64,000 nucleotides of DNA from Chloroflexota bacterium (GTDB lineage Bacteria; Chloroflexota; Dehalococcoidia; Lucifugimonadales; UBA2962): positions 1,241 to 65,240 of the forward strand of contig QGNM01000003.1 in assembly GCA_003228095.2 (NCBI GenBank), read 5' to 3'. Positions 9,338-18,754 of the stretch are shown here, in pieces. Positions within the stretch are counted from its first letter, which is position 1. Every line of letters starts with the position of its first letter. The position numbers and the translations under genes were made by a program. The notes beneath the pieces are model-generated. The model saw only the letters and a program-made list of their open reading frames with translations. It was not told where the DNA came from and ran no database searches.

Positions 9338-11581
9338 ATGCAGCTAACAGGATATGCAGATAAATTTAGCGTTAAGCCAGGTGAACCAATAGAATTTTAT
9401 GTGTCTAGCAAACAACTAAAATATAAAGCTGAGTTGGTTAGGGTAATTCATGGTGATCCTAATCCAAAAGGCCCAGGATTTAAAACTGAACCTGTGCTAA
9501 GTGACATAGAAGGTGAATATGATGGCCATGAGCAAATTCTATATGGCGGCTCACATATAATTGTGGATCACGATTCATCCCTGAATCTCGAAAACGATTT
9601 TACCATTACCTCTTGGATATATCCGACAATGCCAGACAGTGGTAAGTCGCAAGCTATTGTCACGAAATTATCTAAAGAAGGAACAAAAGGTTACGGGTTT
9701 TTTATAAATAAACGCGGCGAATTATCTCTATGGATTGGCGATGGAAATAACTCTGATTGTATTACGTCTGGAAGAAAGCTTAGAAAATCAAATTGGTATT
9801 TTGTGGCAGCATCTTTTGATCAATCATCAGGCACAGTCAAAATTTATCAAAAACCCATGGGCTGGACTCAAGGGTCTGAAAGAACAATTTCGGAAAAAAC
9901 TATCGATTTTAACCGGATTCAGTTTACAGAGGATCCTCTTTATATCGCAGCTTCTATTGATGCAAATGGTAAACATCGAAAGGGCTTCAACGGTAAGATT
10001 GAACGGCCAATGATACATAAAGAGGTCATTTCAATAGACGATCTGGAAAAACTATCGATTGACTCTGATCAAGTTGGTAAAGAGAATATTGTGGCTAGTT
10101 GGGATTTTTCTGTAGGAATGTCAACGCAAATAGCTACGGATATAGGCCCAAATGGGTTAAACGGAAAGGTGGTTAATTTACCCCTGAGGGCAGCAATTGG
10201 CCATAATTGGACTGGGGAAAATTATATTGCTGAAGAGAGTCCTAGTGAATATGGAGCAATACACTTTCATGAAGACGACATAGATGATGCTGGGTGGGAT
10301 CTAAGCATAAAGTGGAATGTACCTAAAGAATTTAGAAGCGGCATATATGCTTTAAAGACTATTTCAGGCAAGAAGAACGATCACATTCCATTTTTTGTTC
10401 GACCTCATTTGGGTAAACCTCAGTCCAGAATCGGTTTTCTTTTAGAAACAAACACTTATTTAGCCTATGGTAATGAGCATGTTCTAGACGCAAATGAGGT
10501 TATGCCTACAGATTTGGTACCTAATTGGAATAAAGATATTAATAGAGATGAGCTGGACTATTTAAAGAAAAATAATCTGCATTCAATGTACGATTTTAAA
10601 GTTGATGGTAGTGGCGTAGCTTATCAATCCAGGAAAATACCTATTTTAAATATTCGACCAGATTTTATAACCCCGAGTCGAGGTGGCCCTCATTGTTTGA
10701 CCGCTGACTTAATAATTGCCGATTGGTTGGAAGAGAAGGGCCATGCATTTGATGTGTTTACATCAGAGGACTTGGAGCTTGATGGGAAGAAACTTTTAGA
10801 GCAATACAAAGTGATAATTCTAGGTACCCATCCTGAATATTGGACGATGAACATGCTGAAAGCAATGAGCTCTTATTTAGCTAATGGCGGAAGGATGATG
10901 TACTTGGGTGGCAATGGTCTTTATTGGGTTACATCGTTTGATCCAGAACGACCTCACGTGATTGAAATTCGACGTTGGGGAGGCACGGAAATATGGAAAG
11001 CTGAACCCGGTGAATATTACCATTCAACTACAGGTGAACTTGGTGGTATATGGAGAAAAAGAGGATGGCCTCCTCAAAAAATAGCGGGGGTGGGTTTTGC
11101 TGCGCAAGGGTTTGATATTGGTACAGCTTATGAGCTACAGGAAGACTCTAATGACTCTCGGGTAGATTTCATTTTTGAAGGGGTAAATCGTGATGAGGCA
11201 ATCATAGGAGATCATCCTTCATTAATGTTGAATCATGGGGCAGCTGGGGATGAAGTTGATCGATTAGATTTCGGGCTGGGAACCCCTCCTCATGCACTAT
11301 TATTGGCTACATCTGCTGGGCGACACACTAAGGCGTACCACCATGTTATAGAGGAGATGTTTACGACCGATTCTGCACAGCATGGTGAAGTTAACGAATT
11401 TGTTAGATCGGATGTTGTTTTTTTTGAAACACCTAAGGGCGGTGCAGTTTTTTCCACCGGATCGATTAATTGGTGTGGTGTATTATCATATAACGAATAT
11501 AACAATGATATTTCAGTGATTACTAATAACGTCCTTAAGCGATTTACCTCGGATGAGCCGCTACCCCAGATACCTGGCTAA
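9338..11581 (+). CDS. N,N-dimethylformamidase large (beta) subunit family protein with LamG-like domain
   Basis: GYADKFSVKPGE start; AIHFHEDD, TYLAYGNE, SMYD, HPEYWT, YLGGNGLYW and VFSTGSI motifs. Confidence 0.85.
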   Translation: MQLTGYADKFSVKPGEPIEFYVSSKQLKYKAELVRVIHGDPNPKGPGFKTEPVLSDIEGEYDGHEQILYGGSHIIVDHDSSLNLENDFTITSWIYPTMPDSGKSQAIVTKLSKEGTKGYGFFINKRGELSLWIGDGNNSDCITSGRKLRKSNWYFVAASFDQSSGTVKIYQKPMGWTQGSERTISEKTIDFNRIQFTEDPLYIAASIDANGKHRKGFNGKIERPMIHKEVISIDDLEKLSIDSDQVGKENIVASWDFSVGMSTQIATDIGPNGLNGKVVNLPLRAAIGHNWTGENYIAEESPSEYGAIHFHEDDIDDAGWDLSIKWNVPKEFRSGIYALKTISGKKNDHIPFFVRPHLGKPQSRIGFLLETNTYLAYGNEHVLDANEVMPTDLVPNWNKDINRDELDYLKKNNLHSMYDFKVDGSGVAYQSRKIPILNIRPDFITPSRGGPHCLTADLIIADWLEEKGHAFDVFTSEDLELDGKKLLEQYKVIILGTHPEYWTMNMLKAMSSYLANGGRMMYLGGNGLYWVTSFDPERPHVIEIRRWGGTEIWKAEPGEYYHSTTGELGGIWRKRGWPPQKIAGVGFAAQGFDIGTAYELQEDSNDSRVDFIFEGVNRDEAIIGDHPSLMLNHGAAGDEVDRLDFGLGTPPHALLLATSAGRHTKAYHHVIEEMFTTDSAQHGEVNEFVRSDVVFFETPKGGAVFSTGSINWCGVLSYNEYNNDISVITNNVLKRFTSDEPLPQIPG

Positions 11582-11624
11582 TCCTGATATATTTATTTAA
11601 TTTTAAGCCTTTTTGGAGGTAAGT

Positions 11625-12659
11625 ATGACACAGAAGAAAATAGCAATTTTGGGTGCCGGTGCAATCGGCTCAACAATAGGCGGATTTTTCGCTAAAAATG
11701 GAGTCAACTCTACGTTAATCGATATATGGCCAGAAAATGTTCAGCAGATTAAGTCAAATGGCCTTAGAGTTACAACAATGGATGACGAGTTTGTTACTCA
11801 CCCTGCTGTTTTACATATTTCTGATGTTTCTAGTAGCGGTGATTTGTATGACATAGTTATTTTGGCCGTTAAATCTTATGACACAGAATGGACTACACAC
11901 TTTATTAAGCCGTACCTTAATCGTGGAAGCTATGTGATATCGGCCCAGAACTCAATAAATGACGATAGAATCGCAGCGATTTTGGGGTGGACAAGAGTAA
12001 TTGGAGCCGTGGTGACTTATGGGGCAGGAATTTATGAACCGGGACATGTTAATTACACTAGTCCGAAAGAAAGATCACCATTTATTTTAGGAGAGTTGAA
12101 TGGCCTGGTTACGCCCCGGATTGAAGAAGCAGTAGATCTATTAAATAACGTCTCTGGTGGTGGGGTGAAAAGCACGTCGAATTTATGGGGAGAACGCTGG
12201 TCTAAGCTCTGCGTGAACTCGATGGCTAATGCGGTTGCGGGTGTTACCGGGCTTAAATCAGCAGAACTCAGAGAAGTCGAATCTAGTAGGCTTATATCAA
12301 TCAGAATAGCGGCTGAAGTTGTCAAGGTAGCCTTAGCAAATGGCGTAGATGTACAGCCTATCTCCGGAGTACCTCCACAGATGTACTTGGATGCTATTTC
12401 AGACGACTTAATTATGGGAGAAGTTGAAGGTATTTTAATGTCTGGAGCAAAAGAAATTGGCATTGGAAGGCCATCCCTTGCTCAAGATTTGCTAAAGGGT
12501 AGGAAAATAGAGGTTGATTATCTCAATGGATATATCTCTAAAAAAGGTTCAGAGTTAGGGATACCTACGCCTGTCAATGATGCGATTAGAGAGCTTGCTC
12601 ACCGAGTGGCGCGAAAAGAGATAGAACCGTCAGTGGAGAACCTGGAACTTATTAAGTGA
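11625..12659 (+). CDS. Ketopantoate reductase (PanE/ApbA) family oxidoreductase
   Basis: GAGAIG, AVKSYD, QNS, WSKLCVN and PSLAQD..GRKIEVDYLNG; SD GGAGG before ATG 11625. Confidence 0.85.
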   Translation: MTQKKIAILGAGAIGSTIGGFFAKNGVNSTLIDIWPENVQQIKSNGLRVTTMDDEFVTHPAVLHISDVSSSGDLYDIVILAVKSYDTEWTTHFIKPYLNRGSYVISAQNSINDDRIAAILGWTRVIGAVVTYGAGIYEPGHVNYTSPKERSPFILGELNGLVTPRIEEAVDLLNNVSGGGVKSTSNLWGERWSKLCVNSMANAVAGVTGLKSAELREVESSRLISIRIAAEVVKVALANGVDVQPISGVPPQMYLDAISDDLIMGEVEGILMSGAKEIGIGRPSLAQDLLKGRKIEVDYLNGYISKKGSELGIPTPVNDAIRELAHRVARKEIEPSVENLELIK

Positions 12660-12702
12660 GTTCTTTGTTACATGATCACAAACCATTAAGGATTTTAATT
12701 AG

Positions 12703-12909
12703 ATGAAAAGAAACCGTAGATTGTTACTCACTAGCGTGGTATTGGGGTTGATATCCTTGGTGGCGGCACTATTGGGTGGAATGCACCTTCAACATCTCAT
12801 CGAGGATGGTGGTGCTAGACACCTTGGAGAGACTGTAGTCCTAATCGTTCTAGCGTTGGGATTGTTTGGGAGTTCAGTGTGGACTTCTAATCGGGAACGT
12901 GAAGAATAA
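12703..12909 (+). CDS. Small two-TM membrane protein of unknown function
   Basis: 68 aa with two hydrophobic helices, basic N-terminus, AAGGA upstream. Confidence 0.5.
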   Translation: MKRNRRLLLTSVVLGLISLVAALLGGMHLQHLIEDGGARHLGETVVLIVLALGLFGSSVWTSNREREE

Positions 12910-12980
12910 CCTCTTCAACGACTCTTAATAGACCTACCCTATCCTTTCCGTGCTTTAAGGCTAAAACTTAGATACACTAG

Positions 12981-13002
12981 TTTTGGACACTTTTTTGGAC
13001 AC
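12981..13002. repeat. Direct repeat TTTTGGACAC x2 (12-bp period)
   Basis: Copies at 12981-12990 and 12993-13002. Confidence 0.7.
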
Positions 13003-13018
13003 CTAATAAAAAATAAGT

Positions 13019-13081
13019 TAATTCAATCAATTTAGTGTCGATTAATTCTTAAATATAATCGACACCTTATTGATTGAATTA
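13019..13081. repeat. 63-bp imperfect palindrome
   Basis: 13-bp outer stem TAATTCAATCAAT/ATTGATTGAATTA, 3x3 internal loop, 10-bp inner stem GTGTCGATTA/TAATCGACAC, 11-nt loop. Confidence 0.85.
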
Positions 13082-13127
13082 GATTGTAGTAAATTAAAAA
13101 GAGTAAAGAATAAGGAGTTTAATTGGA

Positions 13128-14786
13128 ATGAAAGTAAATGATGTAGTAGCAGGAATCCTAAAAAAAGAAGGGATAGATGTAGTAAGTTGTTTTCCTTCTA
13201 ATGCCCTTATCGAAGCTGTATCTGAGATTGGTATACGTCCAATAATGTTTCGACATGAACGAGGCGTTGTTATGTCTGCTGATGGGTACAGTCGTATGAA
13301 TACTAGAGAGCAGTTTGGTGTCGCTATTACTCAGGGGCATGCGGGGGCTGAGAATGCAATGGGAGGTATAGCTCAAGCTTATTCTGACAATATACCTCTA
13401 CTTTACTTGTCTGGTGGCCCGTCTATGTCAGCTTACTCAGTAAAACCGAATTTTTCGCCGGCACGAGAATTTGGTTGCGTATCTGTATCAGCAGAGGTGA
13501 TATACCAACCTGGGTTAGTTGTGGATGTAATGAGACGTGCTTTTCACGCATTACGCAATGGCAGGTCCGGACCGGTAATTGTTGAAATACCAGATGATGT
13601 TGGAGAGATGGATGTATCTGACAGCATGATTAATTCATATGTTTCCCCAAAGAGGCATAGGTTCGTTCCTGAATATAACGACATAAAAGAAGCCATAACA
13701 ATTTTATTGAGTGCAAAAAAGCCCGTCATTTGGTCTGGTAAAGGCGTTCTTATGTCCCAAGCTAGTGAGGAATTAAGAATGCTAGCAGAGTTAACTGAAA
13801 TACCGGTGTATTGCACAATGCCTGGCAAATCGGGATTTGATCAAACGCATCCTTTGGCTTTAGGCTCAGGGAGTGCGGCGACTTCTTTACAAGCGAGAAC
13901 TTGGATACAAGAATCAGATGTGTTGCTTTCTGTTGGCTCTAGTCTTACCAAAACTCTTTATGGACAACCAATACCCGATGGCAAGGTGATAATTCAAAGC
14001 GTTGAGACAGTTGAAGACATAAACAAAGAATACTCAGTTACTGTGGGCTTGCCTGGTGATGCAAAATTAACCCTGCAATTATTAATAGATGAAGTCAAAT
14101 CTCAAATAGGCGATGATGGTAGGAAAGGCCAGACTGATACTGCAGATCAAATTAAAAAACTTAATAAAAAGTGGCTATCGGAATGGAATGAAATTTTAAC
14201 TTCTGATGACAAGCCTATTAGTTATTATCGAGTAATATATGAGCTTGAAAATACTTTAGATAAAAATAACAGCATTGTTACTCATGATGCTGGTGCTCCA
14301 AGAGACACAATAATACCATTTTACAATCCTACACTTCCAAACAGCTATATAGGATGGGGAAAGAGTACTCATTTAGGATATGGAATACCTTTGATGATTG
14401 GAGCAAAAATGGCTCGTCCTGATAAATTCTGTTTGAATTTTATGGGAGATGGAGCTTTTGGTATGTCTGGCTTAGATATAGAGACTTCGGTTAGGGCCAG
14501 GTTGCCAATTACTACGATCGTACTTAATAATGGCGGAATGGCTACGTACCCTGGTAAAACCAGAGATACAGGTGCGTACCCAAATGCCTTGAAAACATTC
14601 GGAACTACCCAGGTTAGCGGTAGTTACGCCAAAATAGCTGAAGGAATGGGCGCAGTAGGAATAACTGTTACCGAACCATCAGGCATTAGTAAAGCTATAA
14701 AAGAAGCCCAGCAACTAAACGTTGAAGGTAAAACTGTACTGATAGATATACATGTTAATTTAGAACCGCGAAGATCAACTTTTTAG
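13128..14786 (+). CDS. Thiamine diphosphate-dependent enzyme (acetolactate synthase-like superfamily)
   Basis: RHERG..MSADGYSR, GRSGPVIVEIP and the GDGAFGM...VLNN ThDP motif. Confidence 0.9.
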   Translation: MKVNDVVAGILKKEGIDVVSCFPSNALIEAVSEIGIRPIMFRHERGVVMSADGYSRMNTREQFGVAITQGHAGAENAMGGIAQAYSDNIPLLYLSGGPSMSAYSVKPNFSPAREFGCVSVSAEVIYQPGLVVDVMRRAFHALRNGRSGPVIVEIPDDVGEMDVSDSMINSYVSPKRHRFVPEYNDIKEAITILLSAKKPVIWSGKGVLMSQASEELRMLAELTEIPVYCTMPGKSGFDQTHPLALGSGSAATSLQARTWIQESDVLLSVGSSLTKTLYGQPIPDGKVIIQSVETVEDINKEYSVTVGLPGDAKLTLQLLIDEVKSQIGDDGRKGQTDTADQIKKLNKKWLSEWNEILTSDDKPISYYRVIYELENTLDKNNSIVTHDAGAPRDTIIPFYNPTLPNSYIGWGKSTHLGYGIPLMIGAKMARPDKFCLNFMGDGAFGMSGLDIETSVRARLPITTIVLNNGGMATYPGKTRDTGAYPNALKTFGTTQVSGSYAKIAEGMGAVGITVTEPSGISKAIKEAQQLNVEGKTVLIDIHVNLEPRRSTF

Positions 14787-14810
14787 ATTTAAGGTGAAAG
14801 ATAGGTTTTG

Positions 14811-16538
14811 ATGAATTCAGAATCAGATAATAAGAAGAGGTCAATATCGACTTTATCAAAATCTGAAGCGATATCGTCTGAAGCAATGGTGGTTACCAAA
14901 CATCCATCAGCTACCGAGGCTGGCCTTGAGATACTTCGGGCCGGAGGGAATGCCATGGATGCGGCAATTGCAAGTTGTTTTGCTACAGGGGTTGTAGAGG
15001 CAAATTCAGCTACGATTGGTGGAGGAGGTTATATTGTTTACCAGATGCAAGATAAAGGCGGTGTGATAGGTGGCCATATGCCGGCTTCCATGCAATGCAC
15101 TCCAGATATGTTCAAGTTGACTGGTAAAGAATCTACAGGAGCGTTTGGATGGGCTGAAGTTGAAGGTAACGCTAATTTAGAGGGATATCTATCTATAAAT
15201 GTGCCTGGTGTGGTCTCAGCCATGTGTGAATCTCACAAAATGTTCGGACGTATGCCACTCTCAGATGTTTTAGCTCCTGCAATTCAATTAGCTAGAGACG
15301 GGTTTTCCCCACACTGGCATAATTTATATGCTTTTGGCTTGTTGTCGGACATATTGTTTAAGTATGAAGAATTGGGTCGAATTTTCATGCCTAATGGGAG
15401 CATGCCACTAGGAGGTAAGACTTACCCTGCAGTTTTAAAACAATCAGACTTAGCGCAAACTATGGAATATATTTCTAAAGAAGGTTCCAGAGGTTTTTAT
15501 GAAGGCGATATTGCTGCATTAATCGTCAAAAACGTTCAAGAAAATGGAGGTGTAATTTCACGAGAGGACTTTGCTAGATATAGACCGTTTATTTGGGATA
15601 AAGGCCTTGAAATACCATATCGTGACACTGTAGTGAGGGTTCCTCCACATGCAACTGCGGGAATTACTACTGCAATGACACTTAAGTTGATGGACAGATT
15701 TGATTTTAAAAATTCTGGACACAACTCTATTTCTGCTCTACACACATTCATATCGGCTGCTCGTTTGGCTTATGCTGATCGATATGAATATTTGGGTGAC
15801 CCAGAAACTATTGATATCCCTTGGAATGGACTATTAGCTCAGGACTATACTGATAGAAGATTTAAAGAGATAAACGAATGCGTCCCGAAACATTGGGAAC
15901 CTGGTAATCCATGGATTGAAGAGGGCAGAGAACCTTTAAATAGACTTATAGCTAGTTCTCCAATTTTAGATGATGGTACAACTCATATTTGTGTTATCGA
16001 TAAAGATTCAAATGCTGTTTCGTTTACCAACACCGTTGGTGCAGGATTTGGGTCAGGAATAGTTCCAAAAGGAACTGGAATTGTAATGAATAATGGGATG
16101 AGTTGGTTTGACCCAATCCCAGGGCGCATAAATTCTATTATGCCAGGCCGGTGGCCACTAAATAATGCTACACCTGCATTGGTATTAAATTCCCGTGGTG
16201 TTGTAATGTCAGTTGGAGTAACAGGTGGTCGGAGGATAACTAATGCTATTAGTCAGATAATTTCAAATGTTGTAGATTTTGAAATGGGCCCTCAAATGGC
16301 TATTGATTCCCCAAGAGTTGACTGTTCTACACCCTACACTAGTGTTTCTCCTGAGTTAGATGCAATTGTTAGGGATGAATTAGAACAGAGAGGACATAAT
16401 TTAAGAGTGATGGGGCCAGAATATCCAGCCACTGGCTTTGCAAATTTTGGCAGCCCAATTGCAATTGTAAGATCTAGCACCGGGCAGTTACATGGAGGAG
16501 CCGATACTTTCCATTCTGCATATGCTGAAGGAATCTAA
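14811..16538 (+). CDS. Gamma-glutamyltransferase family Ntn hydrolase
   Basis: GGNAMDAAIA, VPG, LARDGF, AYADR and the GTTHICVID nucleophile; FGSG. Confidence 0.9.
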   Translation: MNSESDNKKRSISTLSKSEAISSEAMVVTKHPSATEAGLEILRAGGNAMDAAIASCFATGVVEANSATIGGGGYIVYQMQDKGGVIGGHMPASMQCTPDMFKLTGKESTGAFGWAEVEGNANLEGYLSINVPGVVSAMCESHKMFGRMPLSDVLAPAIQLARDGFSPHWHNLYAFGLLSDILFKYEELGRIFMPNGSMPLGGKTYPAVLKQSDLAQTMEYISKEGSRGFYEGDIAALIVKNVQENGGVISREDFARYRPFIWDKGLEIPYRDTVVRVPPHATAGITTAMTLKLMDRFDFKNSGHNSISALHTFISAARLAYADRYEYLGDPETIDIPWNGLLAQDYTDRRFKEINECVPKHWEPGNPWIEEGREPLNRLIASSPILDDGTTHICVIDKDSNAVSFTNTVGAGFGSGIVPKGTGIVMNNGMSWFDPIPGRINSIMPGRWPLNNATPALVLNSRGVVMSVGVTGGRRITNAISQIISNVVDFEMGPQMAIDSPRVDCSTPYTSVSPELDAIVRDELEQRGHNLRVMGPEYPATGFANFGSPIAIVRSSTGQLHGGADTFHSAYAEGI

Positions 16539-16996
16539 CTCTTTATTAATTCAATAATGTCTTTGGAATGGGTCTTTACGTCGACTTCAGGCCATATTCG
16601 CTGAATTTTCCCTTCTTCATCAATTAAATATGTTTTGCGGAAGACTCCGTAGTATTCTTTGCCATACATCTTTTTCTTAACCCATGCTCCGTAAGCTGAT
16701 ATCATCTCAGAACTTTCATCTGATAAAAGTAGAAATGGCAAATCATATTTGTTAATGAATTTATTATGTGATTGTATGCCATCTTTACTTACTCCAAGTA
16801 TGACTGCTCCTGCATCTGTGATCTCAGAGTAATCATCTCTGAAATTACATGCTTCTATTGTGCAACCCGGGGTATCATCTTTAGGATAAAAATAGATCAC
16901 AACTTTTTTACCTATATAGTCTTTCAAAGATACTGTCTCTCCATTTGATGCTGGTAGAGAGAAATCAGGTGCGAGATCGCCTTCCTTTAATTTCAT
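16535..16996 (-). CDS. bcp: Peroxiredoxin Bcp/PrxQ
   Basis: YFYPKDDTPGCTIEACNFRD. Confidence 0.95.
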   Translation of the reverse strand: MKLKEGDLAPDFSLPASNGETVSLKDYIGKKVVIYFYPKDDTPGCTIEACNFRDDYSEITDAGAVILGVSKDGIQSHNKFINKYDLPFLLLSDESSEMISAYGAWVKKKMYGKEYYGVFRKTYLIDEEGKIQRIWPEVDVKTHSKDIIELIKS

Positions 16997-17017
16997 TTTT
17001 TACTCCTGTGTAATTTA

Positions 17018-17830
17018 TTAAGCTGACAGACCACCATCAATATATATTGTCTGTCCTGTTATATAGTCTGATTCTGGACTCGCTAAAAATATTGCTAGGG
17101 CTACTAATCCGTCCATGTCACCAGGTTGGGACAATGGGATACTTTTAAGATTGAGCTGTTTGCGCTCTGGATCGTCCCAAGCTCTAGAAGTCATAGATGT
17201 GTCGTACATTCCCGGAGCGATCGAGTTAACTCTTATTCCATACCCAGCCCACTCTAAAGCCAAGGAACTTGTTAGCATATTAACAGCTGTCTTACTCGAA
17301 GCATACACTGCTTGTAACGTGGACGTTTTTGTTGCAGCAATTGAGCTTAGGTTAATTATTTTCCCGTATCTTTGGTCCATCATGATTGGAGCTACTGCTC
17401 TACACCCATAAAAAACGCCGCCAATATTAGTATCTATAATTTGCCTAAATTCATCGTCGGTCATTCGTTTGTTAGACGAACGTGTTACTGATGGAGGAGT
17501 AAGAGTTTGATCAGGAAATGGTACTAAAGCCAGCTCTTTATAAACTCCTGCATTATTAACCATAATGTCAATCGACCCAAAAGATTTCAAAGTGTTGTTG
17601 ACCAGAGCATCAACATCTTCAGACTGGGATACGTCTGTTTGAAACGCGATGACATTTGGGTTAAATTTTTTTAAGTGAGTTTCTGCGAAAGAGAGATCCT
17701 CTTTATTTCTCGCGGCTATGGAAACACTAGCTCCAGCTTTTGCAAATCCTTCAGCGATTGCCATTCCTATGCCACGGCTAGCTCCAGTAACAATTGCTAT
17801 TTTATCTTTTAAAGGTTTAGGATCGGTCAT
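17018..17830 (-). CDS. SDR family oxidoreductase
   Basis: TGASRGIG, NNAG, YASSK and VNSIAPG. Confidence 0.9.
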   Translation of the reverse strand: MTDPKPLKDKIAIVTGASRGIGMAIAEGFAKAGASVSIAARNKEDLSFAETHLKKFNPNVIAFQTDVSQSEDVDALVNNTLKSFGSIDIMVNNAGVYKELALVPFPDQTLTPPSVTRSSNKRMTDDEFRQIIDTNIGGVFYGCRAVAPIMMDQRYGKIINLSSIAATKTSTLQAVYASSKTAVNMLTSSLALEWAGYGIRVNSIAPGMYDTSMTSRAWDDPERKQLNLKSIPLSQPGDMDGLVALAIFLASPESDYITGQTIYIDGGLSA

Positions 17831-17887
17831 TACTTGTTAAATTATACAAGTGTTACCATTAAAAGAGTTCCTTAGGAGGATATTGGA

Positions 17888-18721
17888 ATGTCCAAAGACC
17901 AAGATTACGCACTTACAGAGCTTTTAATCAATACTGAATGGCTTCAAAACAATTTATCGAATGAAGACATAAGAATCGTTGATTGTGGGTACTGGGAGGC
18001 TTATAAGAGAGCTCATATACCCGGAGCAGTTGGGATACGAGGAGATCATTATTTTAAAGATCCGGATACCAATCGCACATTTATAAGTAATCCGGAACAA
18101 TTTTCTAGAGAAATATCTGAACTAGGTATTAGCAACAACACGTTGGTCGTTGCGTATGATGATTTTGGTAGTTTATGGGCGACACGGCTATGGTGGGCTC
18201 TGAAATATTATGGCCATCATTCAGTTAAAATTTTAAATGGAGGGTGGCAAAAATGGCTGAGGGAGGGAAGGCAGATCACTGACGTAAAACCTCAGATACA
18301 GAAAACTAAATTCGACAGGACAATTGATCAGTCTATTTTAGCTACTGCAGAACAGGTCATGGACACCGATCGAAATAATCCTGAAAAAATTGTGTTTGAT
18401 GTTAGATCCACCGCAGAATACAAAGGGGAAAATGATAGGGGTAATAAAAGATCTGGTCATATTCCAGGAGCAAAACACCTCGAGTGGTTAAATTTTGTAG
18501 ATAAAGAAAAAAGTATGACCTTTAAATCCGCCTCCGAGATAGAGGCATTGTTGGCTCCATTAGATATTACAAAAGACAAGGAGATAACAACTTATTGCCA
18601 AGGCGGCATACGTGCTGCCCACGTCTTTTTTGTACTTGAACTGTTGGGATATAAAAATTTACGTGTGTATGATGGTTCTTTCCGTGAATGGGGGAATCGC
18701 CAGGATACGGCAATCGAATAA
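17888..18721 (+). CDS. Two-domain sulfurtransferase (rhodanese/SseA)
   Basis: HIPGA twice, active site YCQGGIRA, YDGSFREW. Confidence 0.9.
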   Translation: MSKDQDYALTELLINTEWLQNNLSNEDIRIVDCGYWEAYKRAHIPGAVGIRGDHYFKDPDTNRTFISNPEQFSREISELGISNNTLVVAYDDFGSLWATRLWWALKYYGHHSVKILNGGWQKWLREGRQITDVKPQIQKTKFDRTIDQSILATAEQVMDTDRNNPEKIVFDVRSTAEYKGENDRGNKRSGHIPGAKHLEWLNFVDKEKSMTFKSASEIEALLAPLDITKDKEITTYCQGGIRAAHVFFVLELLGYKNLRVYDGSFREWGNRQDTAIE

Positions 18722-18754
18722 TTTAAAACTGGAACTGCTTTTATTTCTAAAATT

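Noticed and set aside
9043-9363. 106-aa ORF as DMFase small subunit
   Set aside because: It overlaps both neighbours, spans the divergent promoter region and has no recognisable similarity.
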